A stretch of DNA of 64,000 nucleotides from an uncultured Chloroflexia bacterium (lineage in GTDB: Bacteria > Chloroflexota > Limnocylindria > Limnocylindrales > CSP1-4), in the NCBI GenBank assembly GCA_963766735.1, contig CAVYBU010000006.1:141272-205271 (forward strand). The letters are read 5' to 3'. The notes beneath the pieces were generated by a model. It had not been told where the DNA came from. It did not search any database and saw only the letters and a list, made by a program, of their open reading frames with translations. Below are positions 1 to 12,193 of this stretch, piece by piece. Made by a program: the position numbers and the translations under genes. Position 1 is the stretch's first letter. Every line of letters starts with the position of its first letter.

Positions 1-271
1 GACGGCGGTACGCTGCGCTCAGGCGGTCCTGGCTGGCGCCCAGCCCGGCGAGGCCGTTGGCGGGGCCGGTCCGCCTGGATGCGATCAGGCGCTCGAGCGC
101 CCGTCGATCGAAGCGACGATGGCCGCCGGGCGTGGTGAACGCGGGCACGCGACCCTCGTCCGCCCAGCGGCGCAGGGTGTCGGGGTCCACCCCCAGCAGG
201 CGGCTCGCCGCACCCAGTGCGAGGCGATCGGGCAGCGGGCGGTCGTCGGGCAGCGGGCGGTCGTCGGACAC
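1..271 (-). CDS. MerR/excisionase-type helix-turn-helix protein (runs off window edge)
   Basis: Not in ORF track. Manual translation from GTG 271 after GGAG: MSDDRPLPDDRPLPDRLALGAASRLLGVDPDTLRRWADEGRVPAFTTPGGHRRF, a typical TLRRW..G....TPGGHRRF HTH pattern. Confidence 0.8.
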   Translation of the reverse strand, partial: MSDDRPLPDDRPLPDRLALGAASRLLGVDPDTLRRWADEGRVPAFTTPGGHRRFDRRALERLIASRRTGPANGLAGLGASQDRLSAAYRR

Positions 272-457
272 GGGATCTCCGGATGGGGCTCCGGGGCCAT
301 GGTCACGCGAGCACAGAACCTGAGTAAATCTGGGTATGGTTGGCCGACCGGACCGGGCGAGTGTAGGAGCGGTCGGACCGGGCGTCAAACGAGGCCAACT
401 GGAGCCGGGGTCGGGTCGACGACCGGCCGGCGCCCGTCAGGCGGGCACGGGCGAACG

Positions 458-811
458 TCAGGCGGGCACGAACTCGTGATCGTCCCGGTGGAGCCCATCA
501 CACAGCCCCCAGGCGGGCGGTTCGCCCGGCAACGGGACGGGGCGCATGATCTCGCGTACCTCGCCGCGACGGCAGAACAGGTGACCGCGCTCGGCCATCC
601 AGCGGCGAACGCACGCTGGGTCCGAGTGGAACTGGTGCGGGCCTGGGTTGAGCGGCGTGGACTCCGCCCAGCCAACCGCCACCTCGGGAGCGACGATGTC
701 CAGGAGGCTCACGCGCCACGGCGTCCCCGGGATGGTCTCCCGGCAGCCGTCACACCGGATCGCGAGGTTGTCGTTGACGATCGTACGGATCGTCACACCC
801 ATGATCTCCAT
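458..811 (-). CDS. hypothetical protein, possibly Zn-binding
   Basis: GGAGG RBS; CDGC plus further Cys/His (FHSDPAC, CDGLH). Confidence 0.65.
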   Translation of the reverse strand: MEIMGVTIRTIVNDNLAIRCDGCRETIPGTPWRVSLLDIVAPEVAVGWAESTPLNPGPHQFHSDPACVRRWMAERGHLFCRRGEVREIMRPVPLPGEPPAWGLCDGLHRDDHEFVPA

Positions 812-841
812 CGCCTCCGAGAATAGCAGGAGGGACGATGC

Positions 842-1840
842 TCAGGGCATCACGTCGGGCACGGTCCTGGGCGGCAGACGGCGGGCCAGGGAGATCGCGA
901 CGGGTGCCAGGTGGCGGGCCCAGAAGCGGCCGGCCTCGCCGTTCGCGGCCTCGTGGTCAGCCGCGCAGCGCACGTACCCGCCGTCGCGCGCCCACGCGAC
1001 CGCCGCGCCCAGGAGCGCGCTGGCGACGCCCCGGCCACGGGTGGTCGGGATCGTGTAGGCCGCGGTGATGCTGGCCGTTCCCGGGTCACGGACGATGGTC
1101 GCCACGTCGTCGGCGGAGGGGCCGATGCGCAGGTAGGCGATGGGCTGGTCGTCCGCGAACGCGACGAACGTGGCGCTCGCAGGATCCTCCAGCCGGCGAC
1201 GCTGGATCTCCAGGACCGGGGCACTCGGGGTGCGCAGGAACACGGGCGAGGCCCGCAGGTGCCGGACAAGCCCCGCGTGGAGCTCGAGGACAGCGGCCGC
1301 ATCGGCCGGGGATACGCGCCGGATGGTGACGCCCAACGGGACGTCCGCCCCGGCCAGGGGCGACACGTCGCGGACCAGGTCCACGACGTGGGGAGCGAAC
1401 CCCAGCCGGCCGAATGCTGCCAGTGCGGGCGCGTCGTCGGCGAGGACGGTGACCACGTGCTCCACGCACGCCGCGCGGACCCAGCCGTCGGCCAAGGAAG
1501 CGTAGAGACGTTCCACGACGCGCTCGACGTCCAGCGATCCGCCCGCCGCCATGCCGGCCGTCGCGTGCCCGATGTCCGGCGTGTAGGCCCAGCGGCTGCC
1601 GTGCCCATCGAGCAGCGTGGCCGCCTGGAAGCCCACGAGCTCACCCCCGGCGAGCAGTGCGGCGCCGTTGCCACGCTCCGCGAGGGCGCGGGTCAGCCGT
1701 TCCACGACGGCCGTATCGGACCACGCGGCCGGCAGGACGGGGACGGCCAGGCGCATGCGGCGCACGCCGACCGTGACGAGGGCCGCGGCAGCCGCGGCAT
1801 GGGACGCGTCGAGCGGCACGACGGCAAGGGCACGGGTCAT
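842..1840 (-). CDS. GNAT family N-acetyltransferase (probably tandem GNAT folds)
   Basis: C-terminal acetyl-CoA motif TRGRGVASALL and N..A..FW; start taken at MTRAL because the ORF extension overlaps the tRNA. Confidence 0.8.
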   Translation of the reverse strand: MTRALAVVPLDASHAAAAAALVTVGVRRMRLAVPVLPAAWSDTAVVERLTRALAERGNGAALLAGGELVGFQAATLLDGHGSRWAYTPDIGHATAGMAAGGSLDVERVVERLYASLADGWVRAACVEHVVTVLADDAPALAAFGRLGFAPHVVDLVRDVSPLAGADVPLGVTIRRVSPADAAAVLELHAGLVRHLRASPVFLRTPSAPVLEIQRRRLEDPASATFVAFADDQPIAYLRIGPSADDVATIVRDPGTASITAAYTIPTTRGRGVASALLGAAVAWARDGGYVRCAADHEAANGEAGRFWARHLAPVAISLARRLPPRTVPDVMP

Positions 1841-1909
1841 GAGACAAGGATGCCGAGTCGGCGCAACCGGCGTCGAGTCACCGAGTGCGTCCTCAAGCGG
1901 TGCGGGAGG

Positions 1910-1986
1910 TGGTACCCCCAAGGGGATTCGAACCCCTGATCTCCACCTTGAAAGGGTGGCGTCCTAGGCCTCTAGACGATGGGGGC
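1910..1986 (-). tRNA. tRNA-Glu(TTC)
   Basis: GCCCCCA...TGGGGGT-A-CCA acceptor stem, anticodon arm CCACC-CTTTCAA-GGTGG, GGTTCGAATCC T-arm, encoded CCA. Confidence 0.97.
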
Positions 1987-2094
1987 CCGTGCCCGCGTGG
2001 GGCCGGCCGAGTGTACCAGAGGGGGTTCTCGGCCCCGGCCGGCGCGTCACCCTGCCGGGCCGGCGCATCCAGGCATCCGTCCGTCAAGACCGCC

Positions 2095-2496
2095 TCAGGC
2101 GCCGGGCGTGCCTCGCCAGATGAGGCTCGCGATCCACGCGGCGGCCAGGGACATCAGGGCTGCGATGGCAAACAGCCCTCCCAGCAGGGCCGTCAGCACC
2201 GCGGCCCCATCCCTGCCCTCGCGGCCGGCCCGCGCGACCGCCGCGACCGACAGGACCGCAGTTGCGGCGAAGACGAGCCCGCAGGTCGCGAAGCCGGTCG
2301 CCATCAGCGGCACCTGGAGATGGTCTCGGACCAGCACCGACCAGGCGAGGAACCCAAGACCCCCTGCAAGCGCGACGAGCAGCATCACCCGAACGGGTGT
2401 GATCCGGATCGGCCCGACATGGTGCCCTGCACGACGGCGGCCCGACGGATCCCGCGGCACGGCGTGCGAGCGGGCGTCGTACTGGTGGCGGCTCAT
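2095..2496 (-). CDS. small membrane protein (about 3 TM)
   Basis: Three hydrophobic segments; TACGCT -10-like hexamer 7 nt before ATG. Confidence 0.65.
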   Translation of the reverse strand: MSRHQYDARSHAVPRDPSGRRRAGHHVGPIRITPVRVMLLVALAGGLGFLAWSVLVRDHLQVPLMATGFATCGLVFAATAVLSVAAVARAGREGRDGAAVLTALLGGLFAIAALMSLAAAWIASLIWRGTPGA

Positions 2497-2531
2497 CGCG
2501 GCGAGCGTAGCAGGGCGGGGCTGGCCGTGGC

Positions 2532-3167
2532 CTACTCGACCACTCCGGCCGGTGCCTCGCCACCCCGCCAGCGGTGATAGACCGCAACGTTCCAGGCGAG
2601 TCGCGGCCGCTTGAGCGCAGCGCCGGCCGCGACTCCCCGCTCCCCGAAGGCATCCGCCAGAAGGTCCTGCGCCTCCTCGACCGTGGCGAACGTCCAGAAG
2701 CAGTGCAGCACGCGGATCTTGAACCCGCCACCCGCCAGGAACGGGCCGTCACGCCGGCCCCACGAGGCGTACTCGGGCGCGTCGGCGTCGCGCAGGGCGG
2801 AGACGTCGTCGCGCCCGTAGTCGTGGACGACCAGCAGGCGCCCGCCCGGGCGCAGCGCCCGGTCGACCTCGGCCAGCTCCGCCCCGTCAACGCCGCGGAA
2901 CCCGGACCAGAGGCTGACCACCGCGTCCAGGCTGGCATCGGGCACGTCCAGCCGGAAGGGATCCGCAAGGGGGAGGGCGAGCCCGGTGATGCCCGCCGCG
3001 GCAAGCCGATCGAGGAGGGGGCCGGCGGGCACGTCGATCAGGGCCAGGTCGCGTCCCGCGAGCGGGCCGAGCGCCTCGAGGGCCCGGATGATCTTGCCCT
3101 CCACGTCGGCGGCCGCCCTGAGACGTTCGGCCTGCGGAGCCGCAAGCTGGAACGGTAGGTCTGACAC
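2532..3167 (-). CDS. class I SAM-dependent methyltransferase-like protein
   Basis: LDVPDASLDAVVS and RALRPGGRLLVV motifs; Gly-rich motif I is degenerate. Confidence 0.7.
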   Translation of the reverse strand: MSDLPFQLAAPQAERLRAAADVEGKIIRALEALGPLAGRDLALIDVPAGPLLDRLAAAGITGLALPLADPFRLDVPDASLDAVVSLWSGFRGVDGAELAEVDRALRPGGRLLVVHDYGRDDVSALRDADAPEYASWGRRDGPFLAGGGFKIRVLHCFWTFATVEEAQDLLADAFGERGVAAGAALKRPRLAWNVAVYHRWRGGEAPAGVVE

Positions 3168-3228
3168 GTCCCCACGAGCATACGTCGTCGGTTGGCGCCG
3201 GACTCACCCAAGTCGGACGGGAGCCGGG

Positions 3229-4776
<1,548 letters not shown>

Positions 4777-4976
4777 GCGGCGGACCTCTGTGCGAGCGGG
4801 AACGATACAGGCCGCAGTGCAGGAGAGCCGCCCCGCCCTGCACCACGCCAGGAGGCGCGCGGGCATCGGCTGTCGGGACCGAGCCGGGTGATGAGGGCAG
4901 GAACCCTGCCCGGGCCTGGCCGCCAGGCGTCGCAGCCGACCCCACCGGCGGGCCCGCCGGTGGCATCATCAGGCGT

Positions 4977-5348
4977 GTGTTCGCCCAGCTTCGCGCGATG
5001 CCCCCCGGGATCCGCATCTTCCTCGGCTACGCCTTCCTCGTCCTGGGCCTGATCGGCCTGTCGCTGCGCTGGGTCGTGGACCAGGCCATCAGCACTCCCA
5101 TCTCGCTGCCGGGTCTGGTCGTGATGATCCTGCTCGCCTACACGATCTTCACCACGACGCTGGTGCTCCAGCGCAAGGAGGCGGCGCGGGGATTGGCGCT
5201 CGGCCTCTCCACCCTGACGATTCCCGCCGTGCCGCTGGCGCTGCTTGCGGCCCAGCCGCTGTTCGCAGTGATCGTGGGGGCGCTCGCGATCCTGCTCTTC
5301 TCCGGCCTCACCCGCCCCGCAGTCCGCGACTGGCTCAACGAGCCCTGA
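4977..5348 (+). CDS. small membrane protein
   Basis: About 4 hydrophobic helices, normal GC3 pattern. Confidence 0.65.
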   Translation: MFAQLRAMPPGIRIFLGYAFLVLGLIGLSLRWVVDQAISTPISLPGLVVMILLAYTIFTTTLVLQRKEAARGLALGLSTLTIPAVPLALLAAQPLFAVIVGALAILLFSGLTRPAVRDWLNEP

Positions 5349-5527
5349 CCGACCACGCCCGGGGGAAGTGCCCGCCACGGGCCCATCGCCGATGGCACGA
5401 CGACGGCAGCAACACGGGCACGGGCGCATGGCCACGCGGGGCGCTACGCTTCGGGAAGCGGCACGGTCCTCCGTGCCGCCCGCGATCGGACGTCCCGCGG
5501 TCGCGGCCTCGAACAGGGAGCCCCGCT

Positions 5528-6334
5528 TTGACCGATCCCAGCAGCCGGCCAAGCCGTCGCGATCACAGCACCAGCCCAACCGGCACCTCACGCGCCGGTC
5601 GCCGCCAGACGGATCGCCGCAGGCATCACGAGGTGTCCACGCTCGAGCGGCTGCGCACGCCGGTGCTGGCGCTCGTGGTCATTGCCGCCCTCGTGGGCAT
5701 CGGTCTCTTCGTGTTCACCTCCGCGACGTCGCCCGCCTACGCGTGCTCGAGCATCGACACGATCCAGGCGCCCGCCGAGGGCGAGCTGGGCCAGGTCCAG
5801 CCGGACCAGGGCAGCGCCCATGTCCAGGTCGGCGACCGGATCACATACCCCGTCTGTCCGCCCGCCTCGGGCAAGCACGTCAACCGCGAAGGCTTCGGGC
5901 CGCTGGCGCCCAAGATCTTCGGACCGGACGACCGGAGCGCTCCCGACGGCTGGGTCCACAACCTGGAGCATGGCGCGCTCGTGCTGCTCTACTCGTGCGA
6001 GAAGGGTGCCTGCGACGAGGCATCCCTCGAGGCGCTCAAGGGCTTCAGCGCCGGGTTCCCCGACAGCCCGGTCTGCGGCCTCCCTGCCGGAACGGTCGGT
6101 CCGGTCGTCGCGCGGTTCGAGGAGATGCCGGCGAAGTACGCGGCGCTCGTCTGGGACCGCGTCCTGTACCTCGACACGCTGGACGCCGCCGCGGCGTACG
6201 ACTTCTTCCTGCGCTACGCCGAGCGCGTCGCCGATGATGGGACGTGGCTCGCTCCGCCCGAGCAGCAGTGCCCCACGCCGACATCCACGCCGGTCCCCTC
6301 GGCGGATGCCAGTCCCAGCCCGTCCGGCGGCTGA
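5528..6334 (+). CDS. DUF3105-like membrane-anchored protein
   Basis: Single TM, then YPVCPPASGKH and VHNLEHGALVLLY motifs. Confidence 0.85.
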   Translation: MTDPSSRPSRRDHSTSPTGTSRAGRRQTDRRRHHEVSTLERLRTPVLALVVIAALVGIGLFVFTSATSPAYACSSIDTIQAPAEGELGQVQPDQGSAHVQVGDRITYPVCPPASGKHVNREGFGPLAPKIFGPDDRSAPDGWVHNLEHGALVLLYSCEKGACDEASLEALKGFSAGFPDSPVCGLPAGTVGPVVARFEEMPAKYAALVWDRVLYLDTLDAAAAYDFFLRYAERVADDGTWLAPPEQQCPTPTSTPVPSADASPSPSGG

Positions 6335-6344
6335 AAGGAGACCC

Positions 6345-7328
6345 ATGCGGCTGTACGCCTACGAGGACCGGTACGGGGACGAGCGTTTTGGCGTCCTGGT
6401 GCTGGGCCGCCTGCTGACCGGAGCGCAGCTCGAGAAGCGAGGGGGACTCGACCCCGCGGTGGACACCCACCTGGGCATCGGCTTCCAGCTCTCGTTCCAG
6501 GACGGCTGGCTGCAGGAGGTCGCCCGCGCCGCGCGGCGCGCGCTCAAGCGCGGTGCCCCGCTGCTTGACCCCGGGGCGCGACGACCAAGTGCGGCGATCA
6601 GCGCGGCGAGCCTCGGCGAGAAGATCGTGTGCGTCGGCCTCAACTACGCCGACCACGCCGCAGAGGGCGGACGCGCCACGCCGGATCGTCCGATGCTGTT
6701 CGCGAAGTTCGCGAACGCGATCGTTGGGGACGGCGAGGCCATCGTCCGGCCGCCCGGCACCCGCGCCCTGGACCTCGAGGTGGAGCTGGGGGTGGTGATC
6801 GGCCGGTCAGCCCGACGCGTGACCCCGGACGAGGCGCAGGATCGCGTCGCCGGCTACGTGGTCGTCAACGACGTCAGCGCCCGGGACTGGCAGGGCAACC
6901 CGGGGGCGTTGCGCGAGGGAGAGAAGGGCGACGGCCAGTGGCTGCGGGCCAAGGGCAGTGACACCTTCCTTCCGGTCGGGCCGGTGTTCGTCACGGCGGA
7001 CGAGGCGGACCCGGCGGCCGGGATGGCGCTCCGCAGCTGGCGGATCCCGGGGGACGGCCCCAGCGCAGGCATCCCGGTCCCGATGCAGGACGGCAACACG
7101 GCCGACATGCTGTTCACCGTCCCGCAGCTCGTCAGCTTCATCTCGCAACAGGTCACGCTCCGGCCGGGTGACCTCATCGCCACCGGCACGCCCTCGGGCG
7201 TCGGCGTGTTCCGCGACCCGCCCGTGTTCCTGCAGCCCGGCGATCGCGTCCGGTGCGAGATCGAGGGCATCGGCGCCGTGGAGAACCCGGTCGTCGACTG
7301 GACCGACGACACGCGCCAGGACATCTGA
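6345..7328 (+). CDS. fumarylacetoacetate hydrolase family protein
   Basis: AAGGAG RBS; [47 protein letters not shown]. Confidence 0.92.
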   Translation: MRLYAYEDRYGDERFGVLVLGRLLTGAQLEKRGGLDPAVDTHLGIGFQLSFQDGWLQEVARAARRALKRGAPLLDPGARRPSAAISAASLGEKIVCVGLNYADHAAEGGRATPDRPMLFAKFANAIVGDGEAIVRPPGTRALDLEVELGVVIGRSARRVTPDEAQDRVAGYVVVNDVSARDWQGNPGALREGEKGDGQWLRAKGSDTFLPVGPVFVTADEADPAAGMALRSWRIPGDGPSAGIPVPMQDGNTADMLFTVPQLVSFISQQVTLRPGDLIATGTPSGVGVFRDPPVFLQPGDRVRCEIEGIGAVENPVVDWTDDTRQDI

Positions 7329-7368
7329 CCACGCCACGGCCGGCGAGGCCGGGAAGGAGGAAGGGTCC

Positions 7369-8397
7369 ATGCTCGCGCTCGTGAAGACCGCGCCCGGCCC
7401 GGGGCTCAGCCTCCTGACGGTCCCCGACCCCGTGGTGGGCATCAACGACGTCCTCATCCGGGTCCGCCGGACCGGGATCTGCGGGACGGACCTCCACATC
7501 GAGTCCTGGGACCCGTGGGCCGCCAGGACGATCAAGCCCCCGCTGATCGTCGGCCACGAGTTCGTGGGCGAGATCGTCGAGGTCGGCTCCAACGTCGCGG
7601 ACTACTCGCCGGGCGACATCGTGAGCGGCGAGGGGCACGTGACGTGCGGTCGCTGCCGCCACTGCCTGGCCGGCCGCCGGCACCTGTGCGCCAACACCGT
7701 CGGCCTGGGCGTCGGGCGGGACGGTGCCTTCGCCGAGTACGTGGTGCTGCCCATGGCCAACATCTGGCGCCACTGGCCGGGGATCGACGAGGAGGTCGCC
7801 TCGATCTTCGACCCGTTCGGCAACGCCGTGCACACGGCCCTGGCGTTCCCGGTGCTGGGCGAGGACGTCCTGATCACGGGCGCCGGCCCGATCGGGCTCA
7901 TGGCCACGGCGGTCGTCCGCCACGCCGGCGCCCGCTTCGTCGTGGTGTCGGAGCCCAACCCGGTCCGCCGGGAGCTTGCGATGCGCATGGGCGCCACGGT
8001 GGCCGTGGACCCGCTGGAGCAGGACCTCGGCGACGTCCAGCGGGACCTGGGGATGGTCGAGGGCTTCGACGTGGCCCTGGAGATGTCCGGCAACCCCGCG
8101 GCCATCCGGAGCGCGATGGACAACATGGCCCACGGCGGCTCGATCGCCATCCTGGGCATTCCCACCCAGGACATCAGCATCGACGTCAACGAGATCGTGT
8201 TCAAGCTTCTGACCATCCGGGGCATCTACGGCCGGGAGATGTACGAGACCTGGTACAAGATGACGGTGATGCTCCAGTCCGGACTGGACATTCGGCCCGC
8301 GATCACGCACCGCTTCCCGTTCCGGGAGTTCGAGGCGGCCTTCGCGACCGCCCGCTCCGGCGACTCGGGCAAGGTCATCCTGGACTGGACCGCGTGA
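7369..8397 (+). CDS. tdh: L-threonine 3-dehydrogenase
   Basis: [52 protein letters not shown]; adjacent to kbl. Confidence 0.96.
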   Translation: MLALVKTAPGPGLSLLTVPDPVVGINDVLIRVRRTGICGTDLHIESWDPWAARTIKPPLIVGHEFVGEIVEVGSNVADYSPGDIVSGEGHVTCGRCRHCLAGRRHLCANTVGLGVGRDGAFAEYVVLPMANIWRHWPGIDEEVASIFDPFGNAVHTALAFPVLGEDVLITGAGPIGLMATAVVRHAGARFVVVSEPNPVRRELAMRMGATVAVDPLEQDLGDVQRDLGMVEGFDVALEMSGNPAAIRSAMDNMAHGGSIAILGIPTQDISIDVNEIVFKLLTIRGIYGREMYETWYKMTVMLQSGLDIRPAITHRFPFREFEAAFATARSGDSGKVILDWTA

Positions 8398-8410
8398 GCG
8401 GCACGGAGGA

Positions 8411-9643
8411 ATGACGATGGGCAGCGCATCCCGCCCCAACCCGCTCGGGTTCCTGGACGAGGACCTGGCCGCCATGCGGGAGCGGCACCTGTACCGGCCA
8501 TTGCGGATCATGTCGTCCGCGCAGGGCCCGATCGTCTCCCTCGACGACCGCCGGGTCATCAGCCTCTCATCCAACGACTACCTGGGCCTCACGCACCACC
8601 CGCGCATGAAGAAGGCGGCCATCGAGGCCGTCGAGCGGTACGGGGCGGGGTCGGGGGCCGTGCGCACGATCGCGGGAACGATGACCCTCCACGAGGCCCT
8701 GGAGGCGGATCTCGCCGTGTTCAAGCACACCGAGGCCGTCCTGACCTTCCAGTCCGGCTTCACGACCAACACGGGCGTCATCCCCACGATCACCGGTGAG
8801 ACGGACCTGATCGTCTCCGACGAGCTCAACCACGCCAGCATCATCGACGGCATGCGCCTGTCGAAGGCGCCGCGCAGGATCTTCCCGCACGCGGACGTGG
8901 ACTCGCTGCGCGAGGTGCTGCGCGAGGCCCGGGCGAAGGGCCGTGACGGCGGCGGCAGCCCCCACCGCCTGATCCTCGTGGTGACCGACGGCGTGTTCAG
9001 CATGGACGGCGACATCGCGCCGCTGCCCGGCATCGTGGAGGCAGCCGAGGCATATGGCGCGGCGGTCATGGTCGATGACGCCCACGCATCCGGCGTCCTG
9101 GGCAGGGACGGGCGCGGTACGGTCAGCCACTTCGGCCTCGAGGGACGGGTGGCAATCCAGGTCGGCACGATGTCCAAGGCGGTGGGCGTCCTGGGCGGGT
9201 ACGTGGCGGGGTCGCAGGCCCTGCGCGACGTCCTCGTCCAGCGCGCGCGGCCGTTCCTGTTCTCCAACAGCCACCCGCCCGCCGTCGCCGCGGCCTGCCG
9301 GGAGGCCATCGCGATCATGCAGGAGGAGCCGGAGCTGATCGAGCGGCTGTGGACCAACACCCGCCGGTTCAAGGCGGAGCTGGCACGCCTGGGCTTCGAC
9401 ATCGGCCGCAGCGAGACCCCGATCACGCCGGTGATGCTGGGCGACAGCGAGACCGCGATCCGGTTCTCGGACCGCCTGTTCGCGGAGGGTGTGTTCGGGA
9501 CGAGCGTGGTGTTCCCAACGGTGGCCCTGGACCGCGCCCGGATCCGGACGATCGTCACGGCCGCGCACACCGACGACATGCTGGACGAGGCCGTTGCGGC
9601 GTTCGATCGGGTCGGCCGCGAACTGGGCGTGATCGCAGGGTGA
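8411..9643 (+). CDS. kbl: glycine C-acetyltransferase (2-amino-3-ketobutyrate CoA ligase)
   Basis: SSNDYLGL, SDELNHASIIDG, DGVFSMDGD, DDAHASG, GTMSKA (PLP Lys); follows tdh. Confidence 0.9.
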   Translation: MTMGSASRPNPLGFLDEDLAAMRERHLYRPLRIMSSAQGPIVSLDDRRVISLSSNDYLGLTHHPRMKKAAIEAVERYGAGSGAVRTIAGTMTLHEALEADLAVFKHTEAVLTFQSGFTTNTGVIPTITGETDLIVSDELNHASIIDGMRLSKAPRRIFPHADVDSLREVLREARAKGRDGGGSPHRLILVVTDGVFSMDGDIAPLPGIVEAAEAYGAAVMVDDAHASGVLGRDGRGTVSHFGLEGRVAIQVGTMSKAVGVLGGYVAGSQALRDVLVQRARPFLFSNSHPPAVAAACREAIAIMQEEPELIERLWTNTRRFKAELARLGFDIGRSETPITPVMLGDSETAIRFSDRLFAEGVFGTSVVFPTVALDRARIRTIVTAAHTDDMLDEAVAAFDRVGRELGVIAG

Positions 9644-10584
9644 CCCACCACCGCCAGGGGTTGCCGGACGCCGCGGACACGCGGCCGCGCGCGGAGGTCG
9701 AGCGCGACGTGTGGAGGGCGGGCGTGGCCGCGGGCCTGGGTGGGTCGCGGGACCTGCCGCTCGACTCGCATCTCCATACCGTCCGGTCCCCGGACGCCAA
9801 CGCGATGCTTGACGCGTACTGTGCGCTGGCCCTGGAGCGCGGCATCCCGGAGCTGGCGATCACGGATCACGTCGACTTCGACCCCACGATGCCGGCGTAC
9901 GGGTTCTCGTCCTTCGCCGACCGCGAACGGGACGTGCGTGAGGCGGCCACGCGCTGGGCTGACAGGGGCCTTGCGATCCGGTTCGGCGTCGAGGTCACGT
10001 ACGAACGCCGTCTGGAGCACGACATCCGGGGCTGGCTCGCCCGCCACCCGCACGACTACGTGATCGGCAGCGTCCACATCAGCGAGGTGTCACCGTACAA
10101 GGCCTCGAACGTGCGCGCGTTCGTCGCCGGTCGCTCGCTGGGAGACATCGTGGCGCCGTACTTCGACGAGGTGATCGGCGCGGCGCGATCGGGCCTGTTC
10201 GACACGATCGGCCACCTGGACTTCGTCAAGCGGTACCTGGTCCCGCACGTCATGCCGGCAGACCTCGCCCTGGCGCCCGAGCTGTACGAGCCCGTCCTGG
10301 CTGCCCTGGTCGAGACCGGCACCGCCCTCGAGGTCAACGCCTCGGGGCTGCGACAGCTGCCGCGGGAGACGTACCCGGCAGCGCCGATCGTGGCTCGCTA
10401 CCGGGAGATGGGCGGGCGGCACGTGACTATCGGCTCGGATGCCCACCGAACGGAGTGGTTCGCCTACGGCCTGGCCCAGGCGTATCGTCAGGCTGCGAGC
10501 GCCGGGTTCGAGGCTCTCGCGTTCAGGCGCGGCGGTGAGCGCGTGGCGGTCGCGAACCCCGCATACGGAACTCCACCTACCTGA
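9640..10584 (+). CDS. PHP-family histidinol-phosphatase (HisJ-like)
   Basis: DSHLHT, ITDH, DYVIGSVH, GHLD, EVNASG, TIGSDAH; GTGA overlap with kbl stop. Confidence 0.85.
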   Translation: MTHHRQGLPDAADTRPRAEVERDVWRAGVAAGLGGSRDLPLDSHLHTVRSPDANAMLDAYCALALERGIPELAITDHVDFDPTMPAYGFSSFADRERDVREAATRWADRGLAIRFGVEVTYERRLEHDIRGWLARHPHDYVIGSVHISEVSPYKASNVRAFVAGRSLGDIVAPYFDEVIGAARSGLFDTIGHLDFVKRYLVPHVMPADLALAPELYEPVLAALVETGTALEVNASGLRQLPRETYPAAPIVARYREMGGRHVTIGSDAHRTEWFAYGLAQAYRQAASAGFEALAFRRGGERVAVANPAYGTPPT

Positions 10585-10615
10585 GCCGCCCTAACACCGG
10601 GGAGCACGGATCGTT

Positions 10616-11203
10616 ATGACGATCGACGACGAGGCGGTCGAACGCCTCGTGGTTGCGGCGAAGGACGGTGATCCCGAGGCATTCGGGTCGCTCTTCGACC
10701 ACTTCCACGGGCCGGTCTACCGTTACGTCGCCGCCCGCGTCGGCCGCCCGAGCGACGCGGAGGACCTGGCGCAGCTTGTCTTCGTCAAGGCCCTGGAGGC
10801 GCTGCCGCGGTACGAATCGCGGGGCGTCCCCTTCGGGGGCTGGCTGTTCCGGCTGGCCAGGAATGTCGTCATCGACCATGTCCGGACGCGTCGCGAGCAC
10901 GCGACGCTCGATCTCATCGTGGAGTGCTCCGGCAACGATGAGGGACCAGACGATCTGGCGGTGCTCCGCCAGGAAATGGACTGCGTCGCGAGGGCACTGC
11001 GAAGGCTGACGCCGGAGCAGCGCGAGGCGATCGAGCTGAGGTTCTTCGCGGGACTCTCCGCGAGGGAGGCGGCCGATGCCATGGGCCGGCAGGAGGGCAC
11101 CGTTCGGGGCCTCCAGTTCCGGGCCATCGCGGCGCTCCGCCGGGAGCTGGGCGTGGAGCCCGACTCGGACGAGCTGGGCCGGGTCGCCGGGACGACCCGG
11201 TGA
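10616..11203 (+). CDS. ECF RNA polymerase sigma factor
   Basis: Region 2 (DAEDLAQLVFVKA, WLFRLARN) and region 4 (LTPEQREAIELRF...EGTVR). Confidence 0.93.
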   Translation: MTIDDEAVERLVVAAKDGDPEAFGSLFDHFHGPVYRYVAARVGRPSDAEDLAQLVFVKALEALPRYESRGVPFGGWLFRLARNVVIDHVRTRREHATLDLIVECSGNDEGPDDLAVLRQEMDCVARALRRLTPEQREAIELRFFAGLSAREAADAMGRQEGTVRGLQFRAIAALRRELGVEPDSDELGRVAGTTR

Positions 11204-12144
11204 ACGAGGACGAGATGCAGGCACTTGAGCCGCAGGCGGGCGAGACGCTCGAGCGGATGCTGGCGCGGTACGCGCGGGTGAGGCTGGACCCCACCCCCGC
11301 CGCGGCTCGGCGCGCCCGCGCGGCCGTGATGGAGGAGGCCTGGCGCCGCCGGTTCGAGCTGCCGTCCGGAGCCGGGGCCGATCCGTCCGGATCTCGGGCT
11401 GCGTCCGCCGTGATCGCCCCGGTCGCCAGAGCCCGCCGTTGGCCGTTCGCCGGCTGGGGCGCGCGCCGAGTCTCGAGCGCCGTCTCCGCCGCCGTCCTCG
11501 CGGGCATGCTCCTGGGAACGACAGCCTTTGCGACGTCGCGGGCCGGCGGCCCCCTCTACGAGACACGGCTGGCCGTCGAGGAGCTCACGCTGCCCTCGGA
11601 CCCCGCCTCGCACGTCGAGGCGGAGATCGCCATGGCGCAGGCGCGCATCGCCGAGATCGTCGAGGCGTCCAGCCGGGACGATGCGGGGGCCCTTGCGGCG
11701 GCGCTGGCGGCCTACGAGCACACCGCCGAGACCCTGGGCGTCACCACCGGCCCTCCGGCCAGGCGAGCCCTGGAGGCGGTTGCCTCGCACCAGGCCGTGC
11801 TCCAGCGCGTCGCCGGCGCAGCGCCCGCGCAGGCTCGTAGCGGCCTCGATCGTGCGCTCGCCGCCAGCGGCAAGGTGATCGACAGGCTCTCGGCCGCGGG
11901 TGGCGGGTCGCCCGGCGCCGGGTCGCCCGGTGGCGCCCCGAACGCGGGCGGCGGCACCGGCGGGAATGGGAACGGAAACGGGAAAGGCCCGGGCAACGGG
12001 AATGGTCCTGGGGTCACCGCGACGTCGGAGCCCGGCCCGACGGACAAGCCCGGTCGCACGCCGCGTCCGCGCCCGGTGAAGGAACCCGTCGACCAGGGCG
12101 GCAAGCGCGGAGCCACCCCCTCGCCTGCGATCGGCAAGCCCTGA
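11200..12144 (+). CDS. putative anti-sigma membrane protein (DUF5667-like) with G/N/P-rich tail
   Basis: Overlaps sigma stop; single TM, then GGPLYETRLAVEELTL helical domain. Confidence 0.65.
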   Translation: MNEDEMQALEPQAGETLERMLARYARVRLDPTPAAARRARAAVMEEAWRRRFELPSGAGADPSGSRAASAVIAPVARARRWPFAGWGARRVSSAVSAAVLAGMLLGTTAFATSRAGGPLYETRLAVEELTLPSDPASHVEAEIAMAQARIAEIVEASSRDDAGALAAALAAYEHTAETLGVTTGPPARRALEAVASHQAVLQRVAGAAPAQARSGLDRALAASGKVIDRLSAAGGGSPGAGSPGGAPNAGGGTGGNGNGNGKGPGNGNGPGVTATSEPGPTDKPGRTPRPRPVKEPVDQGGKRGATPSPAIGKP

Positions 12145-12193
12145 ACAGGATCCCTCCGGCACGCTACCCTGCTCCGACTATGAGGAGCACGCA

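Noticed and set aside
1-271. Prophage excisionase
   Set aside because: No phage or integrase genes adjacent within the window; the fold is common in chromosomal regulators
435-470. 15-bp direct repeat CGTCAGGCGGGCACG as an att site
   Set aside because: Copies are only 21 bp apart; a local duplication of a gene end with no cargo
1910-1986. tRNA-anchored genomic island
   Set aside because: No integrase and no duplicated tRNA 3' end seen in the window
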